A stretch of DNA of 64,000 bases from Amoebidium appalachense (GCA_963693365.1 CAVNZM010000001.1:12674161-12738160); one strand, 5' to 3'; shown: positions 1 through 25,892, counted from the stretch's first letter. Notes: generated by a model not told the origin, from the sequence alone. A program made the numbers and translations.

Positions 1-3567
<3,567 letters not shown>

Positions 3568-5330
3568 ATTGGGCCAAAAGGGTTAAATCGCCTCGCATGG
3601 GGTCAAAAACGGTCCCAGGCGTTTTGTGCGGCAACGGGAAACCCATGTACATGCGTCGAGCAATCAGTTTTTTGGCTTTTTGTGTGCTGTAATACCCTGG
3701 ATTTCAGGGTATTACATAGAACAATCCCTCGTCGTTCCATAAGCGACTCTTAAAGCACAACCTATGTAATAAGATTAATCCAGGTATTTGATTGGTTTGT
3801 GAGTTTGTTGAGTCACCCGCTAAACCCTAAGTCGCACACATCACTGTACTGTTGCCCGGATCACCTGTATCAAACTTCGGGCCCTTTTTTCACTTTCACG
3901 TTCAGTTGCTTGCCTTCATCCTCGCCAGAGGGTATGCATACAACTCATCTGGTTGTGTTTTTATAATTGCAATGGACGGAGGGGAGGATATGCTGTTGCC
4001 TATTGGTTCCCGCATCCACCAACCAAAACAATTATTTAGTTCACCCCACGCAGCATTAGTTGCAAATGAAACATAGCTAGGCAGTATGTAGCACCCTGGT
4101 GGTGTGAGGCTACATTTGGAATTGTGTATTTGGATGGTGGTGGTGGTGGTGGTGGGCGGGAGGTGGGTGAGGGGGGGGGGGGGGGGGGGGGGGGAGGGGG
4201 GGGGGGGGGGGGGGGGGGAGGGGGGGGGGGGGGGGGGGGGGGAGGAGGAGGGGGTTTGTGTTTCAAGCTTGTAGAGCTCGAAGCGTAATGTTAAGATAAT
4301 ACCCATAACTAATGAGTATGTATTTTGATGCATGCTACTGAGATGGTATTTTTACGCCACACACACGATAATGCATGGTCATATGATGCTAATTTTTTAA
4401 TAACTATGTGTGTGCATGTGTGCACGGCACGACACTGCCAGCTGGCAGGCCCAGCTGCTATTTATGGTAACTGCATAATAATTGGAAGCGACACATTTGC
4501 TAATTGATCTCGTAGTTTGAAGCCATGCATAACATTTGTGATTAGTGCTACGTTTAGAACCCATTCAATGGGATACCATCTATGATATGATGCGTGCAAG
4601 GGTGTGTTAGGGACCGTAATGAGCTAGGGGCTTTATAGAACGGCACTATGATCCCATATATGGTAGGCGTGGAAACTGTTTTAAGTTTCGTTGGCCGCAA
4701 TGTACTCAAACCTTGAGCCATAACTAGGTCACTTCCCATATTTACTCACCGTGTATATGTTCCATTCCTTATGATAACTGCTAGTACCATGTGTACGCGT
4801 ATGGTTGTGCCGTGAGTCATCATTCATATATGCTAAAACATACTGTAGTCTAATTAGACTGTTAAGATTAATGCCGTAAATATGTGACCAAAATAACAGT
4901 TGTCATGCGGCTCACTCCTGCTCGCGATCGAGCTCTGCTATATATGCCGACGATTAATGTCTCATTCCTCGCACCCCTACTAGTCTAAGACGTGTCTACC
5001 TGCAAAGACCTGCAAAGCTTTGGGGGTTGGGGGGTGGTGATGGAAGTGGTGGTGGTGGAGGGGGGGGGGGGGGGGAGGGGGAGGGGAGGGGGGGGGGGGG
5101 GGGGGGGGGAGGGGGGAGGGAGAGGGGAGAGGGGGGAAGCCTGGCGGCCTGCAGCTGGGGACGTACGTACAGAACAGTGATGATCATCCTTGAAGAATAC
5201 ACAATTAAATTGAAAAATGAGAGGAAGGAAGGGTGTCGTTCTTCCCTTCTTTCCAGCTTTCTTTTCTTCGGCCTTTCATCAACGTCCTTTTGGGTTTTTG
5301 AGCGGGCCGGCGGGCCGGCGGGCGGACGGT

Positions 5331-5383
<53 letters not shown>

Positions 5384-5634
5384 TAACGTCCGTGCAAGGC
5401 TGGCAGCAGCACCGTATTGCCAACGTTCGGAACTTTGAAATTCATACAGCATGCAGACTACAATATACTCAGCGGCCCTCCGTGGAGTTCTATCTTGAAT
5501 CTAGCACACGTACGATCAACTTGTACATGTTCTGCCGGCTCGGATCTCTGGCCGAGCCTTCCCTATAATATAATTAATGTCATGAGTCTTCATAGTTGAT
5601 GATCACTGTGTCAGGCTGCCCCTCTGGCAGGCTC

Positions 5635-5671
<37 letters not shown>

Positions 5672-5897
5672 CTCCCCTCCTAGAGTTCCCCCCGAAGTTC
5701 CTCCCTCCCACCCCGCCACCCCTCCCAGACTGAACCAGCAATCCCCCCCTTCCCCCCCCCCCCCCCCCCCCTCGGGCACCCACCCACGGACAACACGCAT
5801 GCCGTGCCGTGGCACAATATATGATTCCCCAGCCCTTTGGAGATCTCTGACTCAGCCGCTGAAATGAAACATCATGAGTCACTGAGGCATACACACA

Positions 5898-5950
<53 letters not shown>

Positions 5951-6025
5951 CCACACACACACACGTGCACACGATGTCCGATCTCTCCCTCCCTCGTCTC
6001 TCCCCCTCCCCCTCTCTCAGCAGGA

Positions 6026-6176
<151 letters not shown>

Positions 6177-6396
6177 CTCTCTCGCTCTCTCTCTCTCTCT
6201 CTTGCTCTTCTCTCTCTCTCTCTCTTTCTCCCCTAATAGTAAGGCTTTCCCCCTTTTAAATTTCTCTCTCCCCCTCTCTCTCCCCCCCCCCTCTCCCCCC
6301 CCTCCCTCTTCCTCCCTCTCTCTCCCTCTCTCTCCCTCTCTCTCTCCCTCTCTCTTCTCTCTCTCCCCCTCTCCCCCTCTCTCTTCTCTCTTCGAC

Positions 6397-6429
<33 letters not shown>

Positions 6430-6434
6430 TTAGA

Positions 6435-6519
<85 letters not shown>

Positions 6520-6607
6520 CTCTCTTTCTCTCTCGCTCTTTCTCTCCCTCTCCCTCTCTTTTCTCCCTCTCCCTCTCCCTCTGTCGACCTCTCTCTCTGC
6601 CTCTCCC

Positions 6608-6655
<48 letters not shown>

Positions 6656-6662
6656 TTTTCTC

Positions 6663-6742
<80 letters not shown>

Positions 6743-6875
6743 CTCTCTACCTTCCCCTCTCCCCCCTCCTTTCCCCCTCTCTCCCCACCCCCCACCCCCC
6801 GAGAGCCGAGGCTCTCTCTCTCTCTTTCTCGAGGCCGCTCTCTCTGTCTGTGTGTGTGTCTGTGTGTGTGTGTGT

Positions 6876-7026
<151 letters not shown>

Positions 7027-8437
7027 GTCTGTGTGTGTGTGTGTGTGCAGAGCGTACACCCGCCACCACATGCTCAAGTAGTCCACCACACGCGGCTCTT
7101 CCCAAATCCTCGAGCCTGGGCCAAACCGTCCAAATTGTTGCACACTTTCCCGCACCTCGGTGAATAGCTCGACAGTGGCCTGGTGGCAAGGCCAAAAAGC
7201 ACCGTTTGTTGATGAGCTGTGCAGGTAGAGAACAAAAAAGCGCCCCGAAGTACACAGAAGGCTAAAAGTGGCAAAAGTCTCAATCCGATGCAGTTGATTG
7301 GCCCAAAGTAGCCCTGGTGGTGCCAATGAAGCATCAGCTGCTGCCAATCCGTGCTTTACCTACTCAGTTTAGTTATTGACACAGCTGACCAATGGCAGTG
7401 AAAGCAGTACATTCCAGCATTAAAAGTGACTTGGTGAGTAGATCTGAATAGGACCAATCAAATGGCCTAAAGCTATCTGCTTGGAATGCCATCCGGGATT
7501 GCAGAGTCTCCCTAAAGCTGCTCGCATTCAGTCTACTCCAAAAGTTTTTTTTATATATAATGACTTTATTGGTGAGCTCCAAAAGTTTTGTTTTTAATGA
7601 CTTTATTGATATGCTCATCAAATGGCAGCAAGACGTGTCACACTGAGGCCTGGGCCACACATGGGGCCCTTTTGGGCGAAAAATACGTACCATGCTCAAG
7701 CGGATGACATGCTCAATTGCAACATTCACCTTCGAGCTAATAATTAGCACACGACTAAATATGTAGCTTTAAAGACGGCACATACATATTTACGCACAGC
7801 GTAGGTATGGGCCTCTCCGTGACGAACTGTTCATGTGCACATGTGCCACGCGGCAGGCGGTGCGTCCTACAATCTCTTTTGTAGGCCTGCACAAGATTCC
7901 GTCATAAATTTGGGCCATTATTTGGCGCGGAAACAATTGAAAACAATTGAAACAGCTTGCTCTAAAAGCTATAACGTCTGTGAGACCGATTTATTAATTT
8001 TTCATATGTGCACATTAACCCAGTGTACACATGTTTATATGGAATAGGACATTGGTACTCAACAAGCACAAGTGCAATCTTGAATCGGGCTATTCGGGCA
8101 ATGATGGCATTATTGTCAAACAGTCATGCGCATATTCGAAAGGCCCGCAATTATTTATTCACGAGGGTATAGGGGGACCATGCAAGATAAATAAACGAGC
8201 GAGTAAAGTGACGCGTGGCGACTCGTGATGCTTTTGGCACACGCGAACACCTTGTGTTGTTTTTGCGGTGTGTAGGTCACTGTGTACGCAACCTTGCAAC
8301 ATGATCTGCTGTAGAGAAAGCAGGCTTGGGTAGAAGTGCATACGTAAGCATTTTGTTTTTGTCTTTGTTCAAACACACAAGAATTCTGTTGTAGGAGATC
8401 GAAAATTGGCTCGCTTCACATTGCAAACTTGCCAAAC

Positions 8438-10670
8438 ATGGACGCCCCAGGCAAGGACCACCAGCAGAGCGATGAGGCCCTGGACACGAGCAAGATGATA
8501 CCCGTGGGTGAGGAGACGCAGTCAGAAATGCTCACCACAGTAGCTACTGGTGGCGCGGATGAGGTAATTTTCTGCCGTGTTCATAAAATATGTATACCGT
8601 GTATGTGGCTTATGAGGAGGACACGATGTTAATGGTAGGCAGCAGACGTGTAGATGACAAAAACACCTTGTGTTGTGTTTAACGCAGACAACCCCTGTTT
8701 CTATGACAGCATTTCGCAGGATGCTGGCACACGTTCTGCACGCGAATTAACACATACGCACACATCTACTGTGTGCACGTTACAGAATCACTGACTCCCT
8801 TTTCTCTAACCCCACAGAAACCCGCCGCCAGCACAACGGTGCCCCCCACTCAGTGCCCAACACTGACGCGTGCCGAGCGCAAAGCACGCATGTATGCAGC
8901 GTTCTCGGTGCAGTTTGGGGACGAGAAGGCCGCACGGGTTGAGCCTGCAGCCGCCACGTGCGAGTCACAGAAGCTGCTTTTGGAGAGGCTCAACAGGGCT
9001 GCTGAGGCGTATGTGCCCATCCACACACACATAGAGTGCCCCCAGTAGCATGGTTCACCATATCTCATCTTCCCTGCTAGTCCACCATCTTTCTTCCCAC
9101 CATATGTTCAAAGCTGCTTGACCTTTTTCTATTCTTAAGTAATATGGACATGCACAGTCAAGCGCGCACATGGGCACAAGAACCACACCAACAGACAAGG
9201 GCGGCCGTGTTGTTTTTGTGCAAATAGTCTCAACTTGGCTAGATCCTACATTCCAAAGCCCCTGCAACTTTCACGCAACACTTAGCCCCTGCTTGCAGAC
9301 TCTTGATTTCGTTGTGCATTCTTATGCTCAGTACCACACAAGCATCCCCCCTTCCACCCTCCCCACCCCGCCCTCTCCCCCCCCCTCCCCCCCCCCCCCC
9401 CCCCTCCCCCCCCCCCCCCCCCCCGGGGTACGACCTGTCTGCCCACCGCACTACAATTTTCCCTGCACTGCACCAACACCCCACTCACCCAACCCCTGTC
9501 ACCCTCTAGTCCTGCTACACAACTCCGTCTTACGTTCCTTCTCTACTCTAAACAGATATGAGAAGCAGCGGCGAGAGCCAGACGGCACAGACCTGTACCG
9601 GTCCGACCTGAGCGATATCTACGGGGTAGACCCTGAGCTCAACCAGTGAGTAGCCCCGTGCAGTCTCCCCTTTTACACTATCACTGCCTGTGGGTTCTTA
9701 GGTGTAACATTAGAGTTTGCCTCTTCTGGGGAACTTCGTGATTTCGCAAACGGAAAAGGGGCTGGGTGAAGTTCACACACTGTGCAAAAAAACAAGGACT
9801 GGTTGATTTTCGCACACTGAAATAGTGCCGGGTGGTTTTCGCACATTGAAATAGCACTGGGTGACTTTTGCACATTGAAATAGTGCTGGGTGACTTTCGC
9901 ACATTGAAATAGTACTGGGTAATGTAATTTTTGCACGATTTTTGCACACTGAAATAGTACTGTTGAAGTTTACACAATTTTTGCACACTGAAATAGTACT
10001 GGTTGATTTTCGCACACAGAAAAAGGACTGAAAGATTTTCGTACACTGCATAAGGACTGGGTGGTTTTGACACGTCCACACGTTCTTACACTATGCACGG
10101 TGTGCAGGCAAATTGTCGACAACCTGGAGAGGAACAAGCTGGATGAGTCGCAGTCTCTGATCCGCAGTGTGTATCGATCTGTCGTTAAGACCATCGTGAC
10201 GTTCATGATGATGGTGCTGGATCCCTATGTGCTCATGTCAACCGCATTTGGCCTGCTCTCTGTCGTGCTCTGCGCGGAGATCAAGTGGACTGCGGACCTT
10301 AACTTCACGCTGTTCACTCTGCCCATCGTTTTCCCCCTGACGATGGCTATTAGCAGCAGCTACGGCAACAAGATGAAGTTCTTGCAGGATATGGCCGTAT
10401 TCAAGACTAACCTGGTCACCTACTACTATCTGGAGAGGTGAGTTGTTTCTTCTCTCTCTCTCCCCCTTCCTCCCTCCCCAACTCCCCGTCTCCCCCCCCT
10501 CACGCGCACACACACATACACACCCCCTCCCCCCCCCCCCCCCCCCCCCCCCCTTCTTTTTCTTTCCCCCCTTTCTCCCGGACGTTCTTGCTCCCTCCCC
10601 CCTCTCCCTCCCCTCCCATCCCGTCCTCCCCCCCTCTCCCCCCCCCCCCCCCCAAAAAAAAAAAAAAAAA

Positions 10671-10725
<55 letters not shown>

Positions 10726-12095
10726 GAGAGAGAGAGAGAGAGCATGAGCGTGCTTAAAGGACGGAAGTGGTGAAAGAGAGAAAGGAAGGGGGGGGGGGGG
10801 GGGGGGGGGGGAGAGGGGGGGGGGGGGGGGGGGGGGTGGGGGGGAGAAGGGGGAAGAGCGAGAGGGAAATGATTTAAAGAGGGAGGGAGGGAGAGAAGTA
10901 AAAAAAAAGCATATGGCTTTGATCTGGATAGTGACTAACCGGTATCTTGTGCCGCACAGGGAGTTTGCCGAGGACACGGGGCTGGGCAGCCTGTACCTGC
11001 AGCACAACCTGTTCCTCCTGCGCAGCATCACCCTGTGCATGATGCGCTACCTCACAACTAAGGACGAGGCTGGACGGGCCTCCCTCGTCACTGCTCTCTA
11101 TGGCCTCTTCTCAAAAGTGTGTGCATCGTGCTTGCTATGTGTCTGTGTGCGCCTTGTGCATACCTTATGTCTCTGTGTCTGTGTGTGCTTTGTGCCTGGC
11201 GAATCGTGCTTAGTGCCGTTAGATATCAATGTGTAGGATTTGCTCGGCTGCCTCTCTCCACCACCGTAACACATCCTGGTGTGAGAGCACAACACACACC
11301 AATTCGGCACCACACACCATGACTACTAAATGCAAACCTGTGTAAGCGTTACGAACCCACACCGTGACACCTATGCGCGATATACCCAGCAAGCGCACAA
11401 TAACACAGAATGATTACACCCACACACTACACACCTATGCACTACACCCCTCAAGCACGACAATTCCGCCACTGTGGTATCATTACACACGCTGGCGCGT
11501 GCGCGCGCACACACACACACACCTGTGCATTACACCCGAAAGCACCACACCACACACACTAACAATCTGTGTAACAGCTTGCCGAGTCCAACGACCTCCT
11601 TCGCATGACAGGCAACGCGCAGATCTACCCAACCCTCTACATCCGCCTGGTGCAGAATCAAGTAGCCCTCGTCGAGACCATGGAGAAAATCCGCTGTGCA
11701 AGGGACTATAAGACCCCCCGCACACTGCGCTGCTACACCAAAATGTTTGTGTTCTGCACGCCGTTCCTGTGCGGCCCTATCTTTGCCGTTACGGCTCTTA
11801 AGAACGGCTACCTTGCTGCACTGTACGGTGCCGGCCTGACGACTTTCATCTTTGCCACATTGCAGCGCATTCAGGTACTGCCCCTTTTATGCTGTGGGGC
11901 TTTTGTATTTGTGACCTGCCACAGGTTTTTATTTTTTATTTTCTTTTTTAATATTTATTTTTTTTCCTTCTGCTTGTTGCCATCCCAACCCATGCCACCT
12001 TCTCTTCCGGGGCTTTGTGCATCTGTGACCTCACGTGCAGATAGTGCGCAAGGGCAAATGCCCATGTGCATAACACATTGTCGCGGATAGGTAGC

Positions 12096-12152
<57 letters not shown>

Positions 12153-12454
12153 ACCCCTCCCCTCTCATGCCCTCACACACCCCAATAACATTCCCCCCAC
12201 CGCAGGACGGCATGGATGATTTCTTCGACATGAACAGCCCGGACGACATCGATCTCTCTGAGCTTGGCAACTGGTTCGATAGCGTCATCACCGAGCTACG
12301 TGTGCTGACTAAGAACTCAACAGGCAGAAACGGTATCCGTCTGGCCGGCGCCCCCAAGGTGCTTAAGCCAGTGCTGAGTTCCGTGATGAACATGGGCCGT
12401 AAGGTCAGCGGGTCAAAGTTACCAGGCACGTCGGCCAATGGAAAGCCTCACTGA
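8438..12454 (+). CDS. Bestrophin-like (YneE/Bestrophin_2-type) membrane channel. Exons 8438-8563, 8818-9008, 9556-9645, 10108-10437, 10960-11116, 11578-11874, 12206-12454
   Basis: Phase-consistent GT-AG exons. Four hydrophobic segments; IVFPLTMAISSSY, RDYKTPRTLRCY..F...P.LCGPIF and LQRIQDGMDDFFDMNSPDDID resemble the bestrophin-type xxIQ..xxPFD...DD pattern. Confidence 0.7.
9770..10075. repeat. Degenerate ~29-bp minisatellite in intron 3 of the bestrophin-like gene
   Basis: About 8-9 copies of TTT(T/C)GCACA(C/T)TGAAATAGTACTGGGTGA-like units. Confidence 0.85.
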
Positions 12455-13463
12455 GTGCCAGCCAATGATATGGACACTCTAAATCTTAAAGTCAGTAATC
12501 GGTTGGGTGATGAGTATGGGCTTCGGAGAGCGGTTCGTATAGGGCTGCACCTGGTAACCCGCCGATTTATGACTTTGTGTGGAAAATGGTAAGGGTTTTA
12601 ACGGTTTGGGGACCGCTAGATCTATTGATGGGAAGGTGGTTGCAGATTCCTACCCCCATGTTCTCGTAATATCGTTCTAAAAAAAAATTAGCTAATTACC
12701 GTATTTGCTCGTGGCATTTTTTCTATTTTTCAGCCACATTGATGAAAACCTGACATGCTCACCTGTGTGACGCAATACGAAGTATCACCCGAAATGAATG
12801 CTGAACATAGCAATACGTAATGCAATACCTTAAACTTTAGATAACCTATTCGCCAGTGTTGAACGTGGCAGCCCGAGCACTAAATGTGGATACCACGGGC
12901 ATCTGTTCACCTTACAATCCCAGAAAATAAACGAAATCAATTTTATATGCAGGCACCGGCGCTCCTAATTCACTGTAGAAAGAATCAATAATTAGACCCG
13001 CTAAAGAGAATTTTTGAGCCCCCCCTCCCCCCCCCCCGGGGAAGGTCGGTGTGTGTGTGTGCCTGCACTGCAGAATCTGCTTCGAGTTGTCTGCGCTCCG
13101 CGCCGGTTGCAGTGTCGGGCCCGCCATCGTTGCATATGTGCCTATGGTGTTGGGCTATGTCTGTGCCACAATCGACGCACTGCAGTATGTGTGTGTGTGT
13201 GCGCGTTTTCGCCGGTGCATGTCTGTACGTGTATACATGTACAGTGTTTTCTGCCCATGCACGGAAATGTGTGTCGCGATGAACTGCAGGGACACTGGTC
13301 TTTGAAGCCATGGGCTAAACCTACACCAAGCTGTGTATGTCGACCACTATCGTCGTGCTAACTTGATCGGCCAGAGGGAGGGAGGGAGAGAGAGAGAGGA
13401 AAGGGAGAGGGAGAGGGAGAGGGAGAGGGAGAGAGTACACTGTGAGTGTGTGTGTGTGTGTGT

Positions 13464-13536
<73 letters not shown>

Positions 13537-13598
13537 AGGTGTGGTGGCAAGTTGTACACCCCTCATAGCTAGAAGGAGGGGGGAAGGGGGGAAGGGGG

Positions 13599-13636
<38 letters not shown>

Positions 13637-13727
13637 GGGGGGAGGGGAGGGAGGGAGGGAGAGGGGGGGACACGTATTTGCAGGTAGGACCTGCCATTGT
13701 GTGGCCAGGAAGGTGGGTGGGTAGAGA

Positions 13728-13763
<36 letters not shown>

Positions 13764-14503
13764 GAGAAGGCAGGTCGGTGGCTGCCTAATAATAATATTA
13801 GTAATGCTTGGCTTAGTTAGGTGAGTAGTTGTGTGTTTGTGTGAGCGAGTGAATGAGTGAGGAAGTGAGCGAGCGTGAGTGTGAGCGAGTGAGCGAGAGA
13901 GCGAGTGTGCGCGAGCGTGCGTGCGTGCGTGCTGCTCGGTGCATGTGCATGTGTGCATATGTGCATGTGTGCGTGTGTGAGTGCGTGCGCGCGATGTTTT
14001 TTGTTTAAAAAAAATTTTGGTGGGGGGGGGGGGGGGGGGGGGGAGGAGGGGAGAGGGGGGTGGGTGGAGGAGGGCTAGGAGGCACATCTTGTAGATTCAA
14101 AGAAAGGAGGTCACTTTGATAATCGTAGAGTTGTATACTCCATGTGTATACCACAATCGTGTTCATACACGATTCATGGAAGCAAGTAGCCGGGTGGCAA
14201 GGGATGGGGGTTTGGGGTGGTGGGTGATACTGGGGAGGGAGGGGGGGAAAGGAAGGGGGGGGGGGGGGTTTGCTTTAAAGGGATTTAGGAAGGAAGGGAG
14301 GGAGGGGAGGGGGGGAGGGGGGGGGAGGGGGAACGGGGATCCCTGTATGAGGTGGGTGGAAGGAAGGGATGGAGGAGGGGTGGGGAGGGGGGAGGGGGGG
14401 CAGGGGGGAAGGGGGTGGGGAGGGGAAGGGGGATCCCTGCGCGATGATCGAGGTAGGTGGAAGGGAGGGAGGGTGGGTGGATGGGAGGGAGGGAAGAGAG
14501 GGT

Positions 14504-14554
<51 letters not shown>

Positions 14555-14633
14555 GGGAGGATGGAGATAAGGATGGAGGGTGCGGGGGGGAAGGGAGGGG
14601 CCTTCGCCACATCCGATGCTCTCTCAAAACCAT

Positions 14634-14713
14634 TTACTTCAGCAACTGTTTTCTTCTACTAGTGCTCTTCCTCCTTGAATATCGTTAGAGAGAGGTCAGG
14701 TATGCCGTTTGTT

Positions 14714-14751
<38 letters not shown>

Positions 14752-15229
14752 AGGGTTGGTGGTTGGTGTTGATAGGCGTAAGGGAGAAAAACAGTGTACC
14801 TGGAACATTTGTGTGTCTCCACGAGCAGGTGCTTGTTGATGCGCCGTTCTATCGGGTCCTTTGTCTTTCTGGCCCACTTTCCAAGCTGACAGCATGTGCC
14901 TGTGTGTGTAGCGAGGCCCGCAGGGAAAGGGGGAGGGCGGGGGTGGGGGGAGGGGGTTAAGAGGGGGGGAAGGGGGGGGGGGGGGGGGTTAGCCGTTGGA
15001 TAAAGACGGCAATAACAGCATTGCGACAAAAAAAAAGGCGATGATCAAGGAAGAAGGAGCACGTGAAGTGTTGGTAGTGATGGTGCCCAAGTAATGAAAA
15101 ACTCAGATACCGGAGATTCATGCTTCGACCAGCAGGAAGCAAGCAAACTACACCTTGAAACTCAGGATGCTGGGCTTCTGGAACACTGTCCTGTCCAGGG
15201 AGAGAGCGGCTGAGAGAGAGAGAGAGTGT

Positions 15230-15293
<64 letters not shown>

Positions 15294-16006
15294 AGGGGGG
15301 TGGGGGGGATGTGTTCTCTACATTCAGGTCGTATCATTGATCATTCATGTTTCAGACAGCCACGGAATGTACTCTTTGGCCTTTCACATCATCCGGCCCA
15401 CAAACTTACCCTACCACCTCCTCCCATCCCCCCTCCCTCCTCTCCCTCCCCTCCCCAGCTCCCATTCAGGTAACACACACAGCCGCTTCCGCCAACCCAA
15501 CAAACCTTCCTCCAATCCCTCCACACATCGTCACCTTGCATATCATCATTATCCTGGTGTCATGTGATACCGGCAATCATATGGAAGACGGAGGTTAGGG
15601 TGGTGATGGTGACGGGAAGGAGGGGGTGGTGGTGGAGGGAAGGGGGGTTGGATTGGGGGGAGGAGGGGAGGGGGGGGGGGGGGGGGGGGGGAACTGGGGG
15701 GAGAGGGGGAGAGGAAGGGAAGAACTGGGGGGGGGGGGGGGGGGGGGGGAATAATCACCTACCTGGACCGTGTTATCGAGATGTGTAGAGATGCCCGACG
15801 ACCGGAAAACACAATCAAACGGATAACTTGCTCTGTTGCGTTGAAATGCCTTGGGATAGGTCAGTCACGAACTTCTGCAGTGCTCAGCGACGACACTTAT
15901 TGGCGCTCACCACTGTGCAGCTGGCATAATCTCCCCCTGTCAATCTGGTTTCACTGCTGGTTAGAGTTGCATCTGAGGAAGGCTCTTGTTGTTCTGAATT
16001 GAGCAT
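14634..16006 (-). CDS. Possible small orphan spliced gene (~120 aa, 5 short exons)
   Basis: Unique islands between microsatellites have GT-AG borders and join in frame: MLNSEQQEPSS...ASCTV / AFQRNRASYPF...NTVQ / DSVPEAQHPEFQG / TCCQLGKWARK...HKCSR / RKSTSRRKQLLK*. No homology recognised; ends approximate. Confidence 0.25.
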
Positions 16007-16040
16007 TTATGAATCCCTTACATAGATGCGTTTCAGCCCA

Positions 16041-16140
16041 AAATGCAAATAATACTACGAGTGAGTGGGTAAGAGAGAGAGTCTCTCTCTCTCTCTCTCT
16101 CTCCCCCCCCCCCCCCCCCCCCCCCCTTCTCTCTCTCTCC

Positions 16141-16172
<32 letters not shown>

Positions 16173-16203
16173 TACCCACTCACTCGTAGTATTATTTGCA
16201 TTT
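16041..16203. repeat. Fold-back inverted repeat (~40-bp arms) around a CT/poly-C microsatellite
   Basis: aaatgcaaataatactacgagtgagtgggtaagagagagag at 16041 and its exact reverse complement ending at 16203. Confidence 0.85.
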
Positions 16204-17549
16204 GCACTATCATATATCTCAAATTCACGGTGACGGTAATTATCACCGTGGGCCCAGTCTCCAGAGATTCTAATAGAGCGTTCATTGGACGAGTGCGCAT
16301 CGCTGACGTCATCAGAGGGCGGCAAAAAAGCAACTGAGTGGCGCCCCAACATTGCTGATGTTCACGCGATGCATACATACGCCTCAAAGCTTTTTTTTTT
16401 TTTTTCGATATACATAAAGTGGGTAATTACCGATGGAGGGACTGAAATCAGCTCCGAGTCTGCAGACTGCATAAAACATGAGTAGTTTGGTTTGAAAGAA
16501 AAAGTCCAAGGGGGCTTAGGTACCTTTTGACAAAATACTTACTATTATGTAGTTACTTCGTTGTGCTGACTCAAACGTTTATTTAGCACGAAACCTAAGT
16601 GAACCCCAGGGCCTCGGCCTTGATTTTGCACGACTATCTAAACAAGAGTGAGGGAGGGTTATTTCGATGCAAAGCTTTCTGTACTGTGGCAAGTGGATGG
16701 CAAGAGGGGTTGGGGTGGGGTGCACGCATACGGGGGGTGGGGTGGGAGGTGGGGTGGGGTGGGGGGAGAGGGTAGAGGGGGGGGGGGGGGGAGGGGGTGG
16801 ACCGGGGGGGGGGGGGGGGGGGGGGGGGTTACAGGTTGTCTTCCTGGGGCGAAAGGGGGGGGGGGGGGGAGGGGGGGGAGGGGGTGGGGGGGGGGGGGGG
16901 GGGGGGTTGCGGGGGGGAGGAGGGGGGACGGAAAGCGGCAGCTATAGTAGGGGGTACATGGTAAAGAATTGCCGTATTTCCGGCCATTCTTTACTTGTAT
17001 CCCGTATGAGCCTACAGATGAACCTCATGGAGAACTACCGTCGACGTCCAATATTTTTGCACCTATCACTGTACTCTACCACCAATATCAATAATTAGTG
17101 ATTCAACTTGATAACCGTACGACAGCAGCTCAGGCTCGACATTAGTGGTACAGGGCACACAGCCACACCGGTCGACGGAATTACAAGGAGTGCTGACTGA
17201 ATTTTTAAGAAAGGGGTTTTTTAAAGTCTGCAACTGGACATTCGACCCCCCCCCCCCCCCCCCCCCCCCTCCAACCCTCCTCGAGGTCCTTCCCCTTCCC
17301 CCCACCTCCCCCTTGGGGGTGGCCACGGGGGGGGGGAGGGGGGGGGGGGGGGGGGGATCATATCGAACCTCCAATCCCTCTCCTCCCCTTCCTAGGCCTC
17401 CCCGCCCCTCCCTCATATTCATAATAGCATTATGTAGTTAGTAATTATATTACCCGTCAAAAAAAAGTCCTTCAAGCCCTCTTTTAAATTCCCCTTAGGA
17501 CCCACTTAAAGACTCCCTTCTCCCCCTTCCCCCTTCCCCTCCCCCCTCT

Positions 17550-17580
<31 letters not shown>

Positions 17581-18699
17581 GGCACCTCGATGCCCCCCCC
17601 CAAAAGAAACACACACAGCCTTTGAAAAACAGTCTTTCCCTCACCTCTCCCTTTTTTCTCCTTTGAGCTCCAGCACCCAGTACCGCGGTGCAATATGGTG
17701 CTGCTAATGATACTTCTGTGCACACGCGAACAAGCCCGCACAAGCGCCTGTGTGTAATTGTGTGTCACGGCGTTGCGTGTGACGTTACGTGTGACAGAGA
17801 TGAGATGGGGAGGGAGGCATAGAGAGAATGTGTGTGTGGGGAGGGGGGGCGCAGTCGGGGAAGAGGGGGGGAGAGGAAAGGGGAGGGGAAGGGGGGAGGG
17901 GAGGGGAGGGGAGGGGGGGACGAGGGTAGACAGTGTGTGTGTGTCTGTTCGTGCGTTTTTGGGCCTAGCTTGTGTGTGAGTGTTATCATGTCATATATGC
18001 TGCTTGATGTTTAATGGCTTATCATTATATATAGTATATATATCTGGTGAGCTTGTATGTGTGTGTGTGTTAGCTTAGCTGCTGGCACCGTAGCACCCTT
18101 GCTAGCTGGGTGGAAGACAGTAGATCCTCTGAGGTCCCTTTGGGATCCCTCCAGGAACAAACGGGGTTTAAAAAAAAAAAAGGAAAAATTATTACGATCT
18201 TGCAATACATAGAGGCGCGGTCGCTTTCATGAAACCGTTTCTGCACGCAAGTTTCAGGTGAAGCGGGACCCGAAAAGGCGGCCAAGGACTCTACTTGCGA
18301 GGCATCAAAAACCTTCAATTGAACGTTCCGAACTTCCCGATTCAACGTGATGGAAAATGAGCCAATCATCGAACATTTTCGCACATTCTGTACCCAAATA
18401 GATCAGAATAGATTCTCGGTCCTCCAACCAGAAAACTCCAAACAAACCATATAAAGCTATATTGGTGCGCATCTGGCCAATCAGCATCTAGTGGCCTACC
18501 ATGCTCAGGGGGGACGTCAATCGGGCTGGTAGCAGGAGAGATCTGCGGCCAGGCCGGCCCATGGCACGGTGCAGTACAAAAGCCGCTCCAGCGGTGAAAC
18601 AGGGCTACTTTTTCGTTTTTCAGAAAGAGCCATTACTTTAACAGGCAGATTTGTGCGTTTTGGCTCCATCCAACACTCAAATACCATCTAAACTTGGAC

Positions 18700-25892
<7,193 letters not shown>

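Noticed and set aside
7047-7347. Minus-strand ORF segment (…VELFTEVRESVQQFGRFGPGSRIWEEP…)
   Set aside because: No ATG, recognisable motif or convincing splice partners.
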